From: Thermodesulfobacteriota bacterium
GTDB taxonomy: Bacteria; Desulfobacterota_D; UBA1144; Nemesobacterales; Nemesobacteraceae
Direction of reading: 5' to 3'
NCBI GenBank assembly: GCA_965202785.1
Contig: OZ241855.1
Location: 512,001 to 576,000 of the forward strand
Length of the DNA: 64,000 nt
Positions within the stretch are counted from its first letter, which is position 1. The number at the start of each line of letters is the position of its first letter. Of the stretch, positions 9,681 to 22,615 are shown piece after piece. A program made the position numbers and the translations under genes. Below the pieces are notes generated by a model, which was given only the letters and a program-made list of their open reading frames with translations, had not been told where the DNA came from and did not search any database.

Positions 9681-10220
9681 TCACTGTTTTTTTGCCGGTA
9701 CAAGAATCATTATCAGGTTCTTGCCCTCTATTTTGGGCTCCATGTCGACCGAGGCCACATCGGACAGTTTTTCGCGAACATCATTGGCAAGCTCGCGGCC
9801 GAGTTCCGGATGAACTATTTCCCTGCCCCTGAAAAATATCCTCATCCTGGTTTTATGACCCGCTTCAAGAAAACTCTTCATCCGGTTTACCTTAACTTCA
9901 AGGTCGTGTTCTCCTATGTTGGGTCGAAATTTTATCTCCTTTATGGTCTGATCTTTCTGTTTTTTTGCGCTCCGCTGCTTTTTAAGCTCGTACTTGAACT
10001 TCCCGTAATCCATGAGCCTGCATACGGGGGGAGTGGCGTTTGATGCAACCTCAACCACATCGACTCCCTTTTCCTCCGAAATCCGCAAAGCGTCTTCAAT
10101 ACTTACGATTCCCAGCTGCTCACCTTCGACATCTATGAGCCTGACCTCCTTTGCGGTAATCCTCCTGTTAATGCGAGTCTCAGGAACACGGGGCCTAGAA
10201 TTGCTTCTCCTTCTAGCTAT
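9681..10220 (-). CDS. infC: Translation initiation factor IF-3 (probable ATA start)
   Basis: RINRRITAKEVRLID, PPVCRLMDYGKFKYE, KEIKFRPNIGEHD. SD GGAGGT lies 6 nt before an in-frame ATA at 10220 overlapping the thrS stop. Confidence 0.96.
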   Translation of the reverse strand: MARRRSNSRPRVPETRINRRITAKEVRLIDVEGEQLGIVSIEDALRISEEKGVDVVEVASNATPPVCRLMDYGKFKYELKKQRSAKKQKDQTIKEIKFRPNIGEHDLEVKVNRMKSFLEAGHKTRMRIFFRGREIVHPELGRELANDVREKLSDVASVDMEPKIEGKNLIMILVPAKKQ

Positions 10221-12142
10221 ACCGTTACCTCCATCCACCTGTAGGGATCGTTCTCCTCGGTGACGATTTCAATAAAATCATCCACAGGCAACGCCTCCAT
10301 GGCGTCCCCACCGTATTTTCTCGGAGCAACCGTTCCCGTTTCAACCTCCTTGTCTCCTACAACCAGCAGATAGGGAATTTTCATTACCTGCGCTTCCCTA
10401 ACCTTATATCCTAGCTTCTCGTTTCGCAAATCACTGCCGACCCTGATTCCCCGGCGCCGAAGCTCGGCGCAGACTTCCTCGCAGTACTCGGCCTGGTTCT
10501 GCCCCACTGATGCCACCCTCACCTGCTCGGGGCTGAGCCAGAGCGGAAACGCTCCCCCGTAATGTTCTATCAGGATTCCGAAGAACCGCTCGATCGAGCC
10601 GAATATGGCCCTGTGTATCATTATCGGGGTATGTCTAGCGTTATCCTCACCCACAAACTCCATTTCAAACCGCTCGGGCAGGTTGAAATCTACTTGAATA
10701 GTTGAGCACTGCCAAGCCCTGCCTATCACGTCCTTTATCTTAAGATCTATTTTGGGACCGTAAAACGCTCCCCCACCGCGGTCCACTCCGTAGGGAAGAC
10801 CAACATCTGAGAGGGCCTGCTCGATAGCCTCTATTGACCTCTCCCAGTTCTCCTCGCTTCCGACGAATTTCTCCGGGCGCGTCGAAAGGAAAATCTCGTA
10901 ATTATCAAACCCAAAAGTTCTCAGAAAATCCAGAGTGAGGTGAAGCACCCCGGAGACCTCTTCGCGTATCTGGTCAGGTCGGCAGAATATGTGGGCATCG
11001 TCCTGAGAAAACCCCCTCACCCTCAGAAGGCCGTGAAGAACCCCCGAGCGCTCGTACCTGTATACGGTTCCTATCTCTGCCCACCTGATCGGCAGGTCCC
11101 TGTAGCTTCTCGTTTTTGACTTGTAGATCAGTATGTGGAAAGGGCAGTTCATTGGCTTTACCTGGTAATCGGAGTTTTCAACCTCCATGCACGAGAACAT
11201 GTTCTGCGAGTAGAAGTCCACGTGACCGCTTGTGCGCCAGAGATCAAGCTTGGCCATGTGCGGGGTGTAGAGCAGCTCGTAACCCTTGGAGACATGCTCC
11301 TTCTTCCAGAAATCCTCTATAACGCTCCTTACCTTAGCCCCCCTCGGATGCCAGAGAATAAGGCCGGGGCCTATCTCGTCGTTCACACTGAAAAGGTCAA
11401 GCTCTCTTCCAAGCTTGCGGTGATCCCTTTTTTTGGCCTCCTCAAGGTCGCGCAGATACTTGCGCAGATCTTTTTTGTCCCAGAATGCCGTTCCGTAGAT
11501 TCTCTGGAGCATCGGGTTGTTCTCGTTGCCCCTCCAGTAAGCCCCCGCGGAACTCGTGAGCTTAAAAGCCTTTATGAGCCCGGTTGAGGGGAGATGTGGA
11601 CCCCTGCAGAGATCATACCAGTCAGTCTGATCGTATATGGTTATCTCCTCCCCTGCGGGGAGATCGTTTATTATCTCAACCTTGTAGTTCTCCTTTATCC
11701 CGGAGAAAGTGGCGACGGCATCCTCCCTGGTGACCGATTTTCTCACAACAGGGCGGTTTTTCTTTGTTATCTCAAGCATCTTCGCTTCGATGTTCTCAAG
11801 GTCCTCGGGAGTAAAGCCCCTTTCGAAATCAAAGTCGTAGTAAAATCCGTTCTCTATCACGGGACCTATGGTGACCCGGGCTTCGGGGAAAAGAGACTGG
11901 ACGGCTTCGGCCAGAACGTGGGCCGTGGTGTGCCGCAGCAATCCCAAAGATGCTTCGGTATTGCTTTTTACGGGCAGAAGATCGCAGTCGCCCTCAAGAC
12001 GGTGCCAGAAATCAACAATCTGGCCATCTACGGCGGCGCCTACAACGCGCTTGTCACCGTCAAGTTCCGCCAGCACTTCCCCGACGGTGATTCCCGAAGA
12101 AAAAGTGCTCTGCTCTCCGTCTATATTTACCTGTATATCCAA
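10217..12142 (-). CDS. thrS: Threonyl-tRNA synthetase
   Basis: TGS domain, RHTTAHVLA, DLCRGPH, RDHRKLG, KPMNCPFH, GAFYGPKID, IHRAIFGSIERF. Confidence 0.98.
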   Translation of the reverse strand: MDIQVNIDGEQSTFSSGITVGEVLAELDGDKRVVGAAVDGQIVDFWHRLEGDCDLLPVKSNTEASLGLLRHTTAHVLAEAVQSLFPEARVTIGPVIENGFYYDFDFERGFTPEDLENIEAKMLEITKKNRPVVRKSVTREDAVATFSGIKENYKVEIINDLPAGEEITIYDQTDWYDLCRGPHLPSTGLIKAFKLTSSAGAYWRGNENNPMLQRIYGTAFWDKKDLRKYLRDLEEAKKRDHRKLGRELDLFSVNDEIGPGLILWHPRGAKVRSVIEDFWKKEHVSKGYELLYTPHMAKLDLWRTSGHVDFYSQNMFSCMEVENSDYQVKPMNCPFHILIYKSKTRSYRDLPIRWAEIGTVYRYERSGVLHGLLRVRGFSQDDAHIFCRPDQIREEVSGVLHLTLDFLRTFGFDNYEIFLSTRPEKFVGSEENWERSIEAIEQALSDVGLPYGVDRGGGAFYGPKIDLKIKDVIGRAWQCSTIQVDFNLPERFEMEFVGEDNARHTPIMIHRAIFGSIERFFGILIEHYGGAFPLWLSPEQVRVASVGQNQAEYCEEVCAELRRRGIRVGSDLRNEKLGYKVREAQVMKIPYLLVVGDKEVETGTVAPRKYGGDAMEALPVDDFIEIVTEENDPYRWMEVTV

Positions 12143-12167
12143 CCGATTCGTCCCCTGGCTCGTATCG

Positions 12168-12239
12168 TGAGCACGGCAGGATTTGAACCTGCGACCCCTT
12201 GCACGTCAAGCAAGTGCTCTGCCACTGAGCTACGTGCTC
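12168..12239 (-). tRNA. tRNA-Val(GAC), CCA not encoded
   Basis: Minus strand reads GAGCACGTAGCTCAGTGGCAGAGCACTTGCTT-GAC-GTGCAAGGGGTCGCAGGTTCAAATCCTGCCGTGCTCA, a full cloverleaf followed by CGA. Confidence 0.95.
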
Positions 12240-12372
12240 AAAAACTTGGTATTGTCTTTAATTATCCCGTATTGTCAAGAACGGCGGGGACGCTTGAGAA
12301 TGACGGTGGTTTCGGGTAGTTTCACCATTCAGTCAAAGCGTCCCGCAAAAACGGGAATCAAGTGACGGAACC

Positions 12373-13263
12373 ATTCGCAAAACTATACTCAACACGGATT
12401 TCATCGGGCTCGGAGAAACCAGGAGGGGCAAGGTAAGGGATATCTATGATCTCGGCGAGTGTATCGTGATGATAGCCACCGATCGCATCTCGGCCTTCGA
12501 CGTGATACTTCCAAACGGAATACCCGCAAAGGGCGAGGTGCTGAACCGCATCTCCGAGTTCTGGTTTCGAAAAACAGAGGATATCATTCCGAACCACATG
12601 ATCTCGACAGACCCAGAGGATTTTCCCGAGGCCTTCGGGAACCACTCCGAGACGATTGCCGGACGGTCCATGCTCGTGAAAAAGACCGACCCGCTTCCAG
12701 TGGAGTGCGTCGTAAGAGGATATATAAGCGGTTCGGGGTGGGAGGAATACAAAAAAACCGGTTCCGTCTGCGCAATACCCCTCGGGGAAGGCCTCGTTGA
12801 GTCGCAGAAGCTTCCCGAACCCATCTTCACCCCGTCAACCAAGGCCGAGCAGGGAACCCACGACGAGAACATAACGTTCGGGAAAGTGCGCGAGATGATA
12901 GGCGAGGAGCTGGCGGGCAGGGTACGGGACACAAGCATCGAGATTTACACTGCCGCCGCCGGAGTAGCCGAGGAGAAGGGGATCATAATAGCCGACACAA
13001 AATTCGAGTTCGGGATAGACACCGACACTGAAGAACTCATCCTGATAGATGAGGCCCTGACGCCGGATTCCTCAAGATTCTGGCCCCTGGCGGACTACGC
13101 TCCCGGCGGACCGCAGACGAGTTTTGACAAGCAGTTCGTAAGGGATTACCTCAAACAGACAGGCTGGGACAGAAATCCCCCGGCGCCCGAGCTCCCACCC
13201 GACATAGTGAGAAAAACAAGCGAAAAGTATCTTGAGATGCTCAGGCTTTTCTGCGGAGAATAG
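12373..13263 (+). CDS. purC: Phosphoribosylaminoimidazole-succinocarboxamide (SAICAR) synthase
   Basis: [58 protein letters not shown]. The conserved RGKVRDIY motif lies upstream of the ORF-track start (12466), so the start is placed at ATT 12373. Confidence 0.95.
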   Translation: MRKTILNTDFIGLGETRRGKVRDIYDLGECIVMIATDRISAFDVILPNGIPAKGEVLNRISEFWFRKTEDIIPNHMISTDPEDFPEAFGNHSETIAGRSMLVKKTDPLPVECVVRGYISGSGWEEYKKTGSVCAIPLGEGLVESQKLPEPIFTPSTKAEQGTHDENITFGKVREMIGEELAGRVRDTSIEIYTAAAGVAEEKGIIIADTKFEFGIDTDTEELILIDEALTPDSSRFWPLADYAPGGPQTSFDKQFVRDYLKQTGWDRNPPAPELPPDIVRKTSEKYLEMLRLFCGE

Positions 13264-13267
13264 CGCC

Positions 13268-13444
13268 TTGGGAAAAACGAAGTCTCCATGTAACGGCATA
13301 TGCATAATGGACGAGGACACGGAGCTCTGCGTCGGATGCCTTCGCACAAGCGACGAGATAGCGAACTGGGAGGATTATTCAGACGAGCAGAGAGCTGAAG
13401 TCATGCGTGAAATAACGCAGCGGGAAGCGGAGCAGAACCAGTGA
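13268..13444 (+). CDS. DUF1289-family small Cys-rich protein
   Basis: SPCNGIC...LCVGCLRTSDEIANW pattern; TTG start after a GGAGA SD. Confidence 0.8.
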   Translation: MGKTKSPCNGICIMDEDTELCVGCLRTSDEIANWEDYSDEQRAEVMREITQREAEQNQ

Positions 13445-14253
13445 AGACCGTGAGTGTCCTCGGCTGCGGCTGGCTCGGAGAGCCGCTCGCACTCTCCCTC
13501 AAGGAAGCAGGTTTCTCGGTAAGAGGATCGGTCAGAAAGCCCGAGGGGCTCACCGCCCTTTCGGAAAAGGGGATAGAGCCCTACCTTCTAGATATAGCCC
13601 CCGAGGTAAACGCAGACAGAGCGGATGAATTTTTCTCCTCTGACGTTCTTTTCATAAACTTTCCCCCAGAGCGAAGAGACGACATCGAGACCTACCACGA
13701 AAAGCAGATCGAAAACCTCATCGAAGCAATACCGAACCCCCGGGGGAAAATGGTCATTTTCGCCAGTTCAACCTCCGTTTACCCGAACACAAACGGAGTC
13801 GTGAGGGAAGACGACTCCCTCCATCCCGACAAGCCGTCGGGAAAGGCTCTTGTGCGCGTGGAGAAGCTTTTAACGGATAACCCCGAATTCGATACGACCG
13901 TGATACGTTTTTCAGGACTCATAGGCTACGACAGGGCTCCAATAAAGTCGATAAGAAGAAAGAAAATGGTGGTTAACCCCGACTGCCCTCTTAACCTCAT
14001 ACACCGCGACGACTGCATAGGAATTGTGAAAAGCATAATAGATCTCGACGTGAGAAATACGGTGCTCAACGCCACCTGCGATGAGCATCCAACAAGAAGG
14101 GAGTACTACTCGCGTGAAGCCCGGAAATACGAAATCCCGCCGCCGCTTTTCGAAACGGAAAATCCCCCGAAGTACAAGATAGTCTCAAACGAAAAACTCA
14201 AGGAAACGCTCGGGTACAGACTGATTTATCCAGATCCGCTTGGGATTCCTTGA
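13441..14253 (+). CDS. NAD(P)-binding SDR/epimerase-family protein (YeeZ-like)
   Basis: Rossmann motif VLGCGWLG, FASSTSVY, RFSGLIG, NLIHRDDCI. Confidence 0.85.
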   Translation: MKTVSVLGCGWLGEPLALSLKEAGFSVRGSVRKPEGLTALSEKGIEPYLLDIAPEVNADRADEFFSSDVLFINFPPERRDDIETYHEKQIENLIEAIPNPRGKMVIFASSTSVYPNTNGVVREDDSLHPDKPSGKALVRVEKLLTDNPEFDTTVIRFSGLIGYDRAPIKSIRRKKMVVNPDCPLNLIHRDDCIGIVKSIIDLDVRNTVLNATCDEHPTRREYYSREARKYEIPPPLFETENPPKYKIVSNEKLKETLGYRLIYPDPLGIP

Positions 14254-14500
14254 CGTGGTTTCAAGTTCGAAACGCAACTTTTCGGCTCTGCCTTGGCAAC
14301 CCCCCTCGGTGTACCACGATGACCATCACCACTACTTCCATGTAAACTATGGACAACACCTGATGATCTGGGACCGTTTGCACGGCACTCTGCGCAGGCA
14401 GAATCGACGCTACGGCAAAGAGATTTTTGGCGGGTTTGGCGCACCCGACAGTAAGGATGGTGGACAGCAGGACAAACTCGGGCCATTCGTCAAGTACTGA
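14254..14500 (+). pseudogene. 3' remnant of a fatty-acid hydroxylase/sterol desaturase gene
   Basis: LPWQPPSVYHDDHHHYFHVNYG...WDRLHGT is the last histidine box and C-terminal motif of this family. The first two His boxes are absent and the fragment abuts the upstream gene's stop codon. Confidence 0.7.
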
Positions 14501-14561
14501 CGAAAGGCTCATGCGGTTAGGTACGGTTCCGTAGGATGCTTCGCCAGACCTTCAGTGGAAA

Positions 14562-15680
14562 ATGTTCATAGACCCCTTAGAGCAGTGGGCGCAACAACCC
14601 ACGTTCCTGATTGGCGAATACGTCATCATACTGTGCACCTTGATCGCATTTGTCCATGCGCACCGGGCCGGGCGCGCAAATCTGCTCATCTTCCTTGCCG
14701 CACTCGTTACCGGGACAGGCAACGATCTGATCTTCATGGCGCTGCCCCTAGTTGACAACTTCTGGCATGCTCAGGCGAATATCATGCTCACCGCACGCCT
14801 ACCCCTGTACATTCCGTGCATGTACGTGGTCTTCATGTACTGGCCGCTGGTCGCCGTCCGCCGACTCGGCCTAGGGCGCTGGTCGACGGTCGCGCTCACC
14901 GGCTTGGTTGCGTGTATGTTTTACGCACCCTATGACATCGTGGGTGCCAAGTTTCTTTGGTGGACCTGGCACGACAGCGATCCCTGGATCGCAGCGCGGC
15001 TGCTTGGAGCACCTGTCAGTAGCAGCCTGTGGGTGCTCACGTTTGTGGGTTCCTTCGCGCTGCTGCTCGACACCGTCCTGCGCGACAGGGAAGTTACCCG
15101 CAAGGGCTTCCTGACTGGCCTTGCGCTGGTCGCCTGCGCCACCACACCGATGATGATATTGCAGATGACGGTCCTGCAAACCATCGATGGGGGAACACCC
15201 GGCTATCTGGCCTTTGGTCTTGGCTTGGCGACCTACGGCACCGTGGCCTTCCTCGGCTGCCGCCTGGTGAACCACTGCAAGCTCCCCGTCGACTGGTTGG
15301 GTCTCGGAGCTACCATCGCCTACCTGCTTATGCTCACTGTCAACATGACTTTTTTCACACCGGAAACCCACGTTAGTACCGGCCTGCACCAGTTGCCCGG
15401 CCCTTGTGACGTTGAAGAGTCAAACATCCTCGGCGACACACGGAAGAAGTTCCTGTGCATCGACTACTACGAAGAGGATTTCACGTTCGCCTGCACCACG
15501 CCACCAGCGCCCGGAACCCGGTGGTTTACGGTTTGCGGCAAGGCACACACCAACTACGCGGCGTACGCCGCCGCGGTTGGCGGTCTGTCACTTGCAGGAA
15601 TCGTGGTGTTCTCAATGTTCTTTGGTGTCATCGGGCACATCGCCATGCGAGGCGACGGATGCAAGATGGAACAAGGTTGA
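14562..15680 (+). CDS. Multipass membrane protein of unknown function
   Basis: 372 aa with about 9 hydrophobic segments; conserved-looking DNFWHAQ, RLPLYI and PYDIVGAKFLWWTWHDSDP motifs; Cys-containing C-terminal loop. Confidence 0.75.
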   Translation: MFIDPLEQWAQQPTFLIGEYVIILCTLIAFVHAHRAGRANLLIFLAALVTGTGNDLIFMALPLVDNFWHAQANIMLTARLPLYIPCMYVVFMYWPLVAVRRLGLGRWSTVALTGLVACMFYAPYDIVGAKFLWWTWHDSDPWIAARLLGAPVSSSLWVLTFVGSFALLLDTVLRDREVTRKGFLTGLALVACATTPMMILQMTVLQTIDGGTPGYLAFGLGLATYGTVAFLGCRLVNHCKLPVDWLGLGATIAYLLMLTVNMTFFTPETHVSTGLHQLPGPCDVEESNILGDTRKKFLCIDYYEEDFTFACTTPPAPGTRWFTVCGKAHTNYAAYAAAVGGLSLAGIVVFSMFFGVIGHIAMRGDGCKMEQG

Positions 15681-16097
15681 TACGGCGGTGGCGGTGAAAA
15701 TCAGGGCGCATAATATCATAATTGGTGATAGCTACTCTGAAAAACACCGGCCAGAGGACTTCTTATCCTTATATCAAGCAAAAAATTTATATATATGGAT
15801 TCGTTTTTTAGACCTCCTGTAAGCATTTCGATTCTTGCATCAGGCAGCGTGTGCCTGAATTAGAATTTTAAATTCCTTGTCAAACAATTCTGCCTTTTCA
15901 GGCAAAGCACGGGCAACATGCAGGAGGCGGTCTCCCGCGGGACGAAGAGCCCTTGAATGACAAACCGCGGTTGAGAAAAATCTTAAAAAAAGGGAAAATA
16001 AACAGAAGTGAGACGCCAAGTTGTACAGAATCGTTTTCGGGTGGATGACATAAAAATTCTAAACACAAAGCGTAATTTCTCTGGCGCGGCAGCCTAG

Positions 16098-17075
16098 GTG
16101 CCTATGGACGGAATCAGGGAACTCGAACTTGAGAACATAGAAGCGGTAAAGGTCCTCTACGGGGAACTCAACTCGAATCTCAAGGAAATAGAGAGCGAAT
16201 TCGACATAAGCATCCACACCCGGGGCAACAAGATCACTCTAAAGGGGAACGAGGAGAGGACCGCGGAGGCGGGCATGCTCATGGGGCAGATGTACTCTCT
16301 TATAGAGAAGGGGTACGTTCTCCAGCCTTCGGACATAAAGATAGCGAAGAGACTTCTCAGCCAGAAAGACGCCTCCCTCGAAGAGATATTCCTCGACACG
16401 GTCTGCATATCCGTACGGAAGAAAATAATAAGCCCCAAGACGATAAACCAGAAACTCTACATCGACGCCATAAAAAGAAACGACATGGTGTTCGGCATAG
16501 GACCGGCGGGGACGGGGAAAACCTACCTGGCGATGGCGATGGCCGTCTCGGCGTTTACGAACAAGAAGGTAAACAGGATAGTGCTCGCTCGGCCCGCCGT
16601 GGAGGCTGGAGAGAAACTGGGATTTCTCCCCGGCGACCTCCAGGAGAAGGTTAATCCGTACCTGCGGCCCCTCTTCGACGCTCTCTACGACATGATGGAT
16701 TTTGAGAAGGCAAACAGGCTGATCGAGAAGAACATGATTGAAATCGTCCCGATAGCCTACATGAGAGGAAGAACGCTGAATGACGCGTTTATAATTCTCG
16801 ATGAAGCGCAGAACACGACAGCGATACAGATGAAGATGTTTCTTACAAGGCTCGGATTCGGTTCAAAAACGGTCATAACGGGAGACATTACCCAGATAGA
16901 CCTTGCCAGGGAACAGAGCTCCGGGCTGATCGAAGCCATGAACATTCTCTCCGGAATAAAGGGAATAGAGTTTGTTCACTTCTCGAAAACCGACGTCATA
17001 AGACATCCGCTGGTCATGAAAATAATAGACGCTTACGAAAAAATTAAGGATAATGTGAGCGGACGTACACCCTAA
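16098..17075 (+). CDS. phoH: PhoH-family ATPase (YbeZ/PhoH)
   Basis: GPAGTGKT, RPAVEAGEKLGFLPGD, YMRGRTL, ILDEAQN, TGDITQIDL, RHPLV. Confidence 0.93.
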   Translation: MPMDGIRELELENIEAVKVLYGELNSNLKEIESEFDISIHTRGNKITLKGNEERTAEAGMLMGQMYSLIEKGYVLQPSDIKIAKRLLSQKDASLEEIFLDTVCISVRKKIISPKTINQKLYIDAIKRNDMVFGIGPAGTGKTYLAMAMAVSAFTNKKVNRIVLARPAVEAGEKLGFLPGDLQEKVNPYLRPLFDALYDMMDFEKANRLIEKNMIEIVPIAYMRGRTLNDAFIILDEAQNTTAIQMKMFLTRLGFGSKTVITGDITQIDLAREQSSGLIEAMNILSGIKGIEFVHFSKTDVIRHPLVMKIIDAYEKIKDNVSGRTP

Positions 17076-17088
17076 CAGGAGAAAACAG

Positions 17089-17478
17089 ATGAAAACACTC
17101 GCCGTCTTCCTTCTAGCAGCCATGCTGCTTGCTCCCTCGTGCAAAAGATGGGAGAACCCGGCGACTTCCATGATCTCGTCCGACAAGTCCGTGGTGGTCC
17201 TCGTGCTTAATCCCTCGGTATACACGATGCAGGAAGTGCGCGTCAAAGGAAAAGTGTGGGAGATCGAAACGATGGGAGAACCGGCAGAATCGGCGACCTT
17301 CAAGCTCGCCGACAGCGAGGGAAACTACATAACTGTCGTCTGGGAAAAAGAACTCTCTTTTGCCGAGGGGAACATAGTGGAAGCCGCGGGCCTTTTCGAC
17401 AGCAACTTCATCTCCTCTGAGAACAGGTTTGACCCCAAGCTTACGGCACAGACAATCAAAGTTCTGAAAGAGGACTGA
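17089..17478 (+). CDS. Small lipoprotein, probable OB-fold
   Basis: Lipobox LAPS-C; VRVKGKV...FKLAD...GNIVEAAG beta pattern. Confidence 0.6.
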   Translation: MKTLAVFLLAAMLLAPSCKRWENPATSMISSDKSVVVLVLNPSVYTMQEVRVKGKVWEIETMGEPAESATFKLADSEGNYITVVWEKELSFAEGNIVEAAGLFDSNFISSENRFDPKLTAQTIKVLKED

Positions 17479-20034
<2,556 letters not shown>

Positions 20035-20042
<8 letters not shown>

Positions 20043-21633
20043 CTGAAAAACTGACCTGGGTTATCGAAATAATATTCTCTATGGTGGAAATCTCCCCGAT
20101 AACTTCTTCGCTAACCTCGGTGTCGACGTTCGTAAAAACTATGGCTTCCCCGCCGGCAGATTTTCTTCCAAGGTGCATCCGGCCGATGTTTACGCCGTTT
20201 TTCCCGAGAACAGAACACATGGAACCTATGAAGCCCGGGCGGTCGTAATTGTGGCTCACGAGCAGGAACCCCTCGGGAACAATGTCGATCTCGACCCCGT
20301 TCACCTTGACTATCCTCCCGTGATTCCCGCTGAAAACGCTTCCCGAAATCTCGTTGGTCCCCTCGCGGGTCGCAACAGTCACGGTAATGAGATTTGTGTA
20401 CTGGCTCATGGCCGCAGATTTTGATTCCACTACCTTTATTGTCCTTTCCTCGGCTATCGACGGAGCGTTAACGTAGGTCACCGAGATATCCATTATGTGC
20501 GAGAGAAAGCCTTTGAGCACGGAAACCGTCAGGTAACTGCAGTCCATTTCGGCCACCTCGCCCTCGTAAGTTACCTCTATCGTGCGAACCGCGCCCTTGC
20601 AGAGCTGTCCGTGAAGGCTGCCTATCTTCTCGCAGATTGACATATAAGGCTTCATGACGGCAAGCTGCTCTGTGGTAAGCGATGGCATGTTAACCGCGTT
20701 TTTGACGATCCCTTTCTGCGCGAAATCTATAAGCTGCTCCGCCATGGTGGTCCCGACCTTTATCTGAGCCTCCTCCGTCGAAGCGCCCAGATGCGGGGTA
20801 AGAACTATGTTCTCATCGACCGAGAGAACGGGGTTTTCGGGATCTATGGGTTCCGAGGTGTAAACGTCAAACGCCGCTCCTCCCACCTTGCCTTCGCGGA
20901 GAGCCTCAGCCATGTCCGCCTCGTTCACTATCCCCCCTCTGGCACAGTTAATCACTATCACCCCTTCCTTCATCTTCGCAAAAGACTCGGAGTCTATAAG
21001 ATCCCTCGTCTCGTCATTAAGGGGCGTGTGCACCGTTATAACGTCCGAGCGGCGGAAAAGCTCATCCAGGGAGACAAGCTCGATGCTGAGCTTCTTCGCG
21101 GCTTCCTTGCTCAGGTAAGGATCGTACGCGACCGCCTTCATCTTAAGACCCATGGCACGCTCGGCCACAAGCTTTCCTATGTTTCCGAGGCCCACAAGTC
21201 CTATTGTTTTCCCGTAGACCTCAACCCCCTTGTACTTGTTTCTCTCCCACTTGCCCGATTTTATCGAGGAGTGAGCCTGGGGAATCCTTCTGGCAAGGGA
21301 AAGCAGCAGCGTGATGGTGTGTTCCGCCGTGGTTATCGAGTTTGACTCGGGGGTATTCATGACGGCTACCCCGTTTCTGGTCGCGGCGTCAAGGTCTATG
21401 TTGTCTATCCCTATTCCGGCGCGTCCTATGATCCGAAGCCTTCCGCCCGAAGCCTCTATGACTTCCTTGGTAACCTTCGTGGCGCTTCTTACCACGAGGC
21501 CTTCGTAGTCCTTTATTATATCGACAAGCTCGTCGGGAGGGATGCCTTTTCTCTCGTCAACTTCTACCCCCTCGGCGGCCTTAAGAAGTTCAAGGCCCTG
21601 CTTAGCAAGTCCGTCAGTTATAAGTATTTTCAA
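20035..21633 (-). CDS. serA: D-3-phosphoglycerate dehydrogenase (with ASB and ACT domains)
   Basis: [45 protein letters not shown]-terminal DRPGFIG ACT domain; TTG start after GGAGG. Confidence 0.96.
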
Positions 21634-21793
21634 GAGATTCCTCCGGGATGGCGGGATAAAAACCACTAAGATAATAGTTAAACAAAAGACAATGTCAATC
21701 AGTCGGGGCGTGTTTTGGGAGCGGGCGAGAAGAACCTCCAGGGAAGTGCGAAATTGTTAAAAATCGCGATTTGGGTTACCCTAACCTGCCGTA

Positions 21794-22555
21794 ATGAAAG
21801 AAGAAACCGGCATGAATTTTCTTCAGCACGCAGAAGAACTTAGAAAAAGAATCATATATTCCCTGATTCCGATACTTGTCTTCTTCGTTCCCTGCTACAT
21901 TTTCTCAAAACAGCTCTTCGATCTGCTCATGGGACCCATAATAAGGAGTCTGCCCGAGGGAAGCTCCCTCATATTCACCCGCCCGGCCGAAGGGTTTCTT
22001 ACCTATCTCAAGGTATCGCTGTTTTTCTCCTTTTTTCTTTCCGTTCCGTTCATTCTGTACAACGCCTGGCATTTCGTTTCCCCGGCACTCTACAAGAAAG
22101 AAAAAAGGGTCGTTGTCCCGCTCGTCATATTTGGAACTCTGTTCTTCATCCTGGGGGCGCTTTTCTGCTACTTCATCGCCGCTCCCCAGGGACTCCGGTT
22201 CCTCCTCGGCGAATACACGACCCAGTACGTAAAGGCATTTCCCAGCATAAAGGAAGCGCTATCGTTTCTTACGGCGCTTATGATAGGTTTCGGGCTCGTG
22301 TTTGAGTTTCCGCTTGTGGTCTTCATCCTCTCAAGGCTTGGGCTCGTAACGGCGGGATTTCTCGCGAGGAACAGAAAATACGCGCTTTTGATAAACGCCA
22401 TTCTCGCTGCTTTCATAACGCCGACTACAGACGCCGTATCGATGATGTTCATGCTCGTTCCTCTTTTCATCTTCTACGAGCTTGGAATAATCATCGCAAA
22501 GATATTCGCAAAGAAAAAACCTGAAACGGAACCGGCTGGAGAGGAATTCAGTTAA
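21794..22555 (+). CDS. tatC: Twin-arginine translocase subunit TatC
   Basis: HAEELRKR, FVSPALYKKE, FGLVFEFP, AAFITPTTD, YELGI. Confidence 0.95.
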   Translation: MKEETGMNFLQHAEELRKRIIYSLIPILVFFVPCYIFSKQLFDLLMGPIIRSLPEGSSLIFTRPAEGFLTYLKVSLFFSFFLSVPFILYNAWHFVSPALYKKEKRVVVPLVIFGTLFFILGALFCYFIAAPQGLRFLLGEYTTQYVKAFPSIKEALSFLTALMIGFGLVFEFPLVVFILSRLGLVTAGFLARNRKYALLINAILAAFITPTTDAVSMMFMLVPLFIFYELGIIIAKIFAKKKPETEPAGEEFS

Positions 22556-22615
22556 ACAGAAAGACCTGACCCCTAACCGGGAATCCCACTCCGCAGCGCG
22601 GAAAAGGAGAGAAAA

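Noticed and set aside
12165-12168. tRNA-Val lacks an encoded CCA
   Set aside because: This is common, and a CCA-adding enzyme is encoded at 58379-59734.
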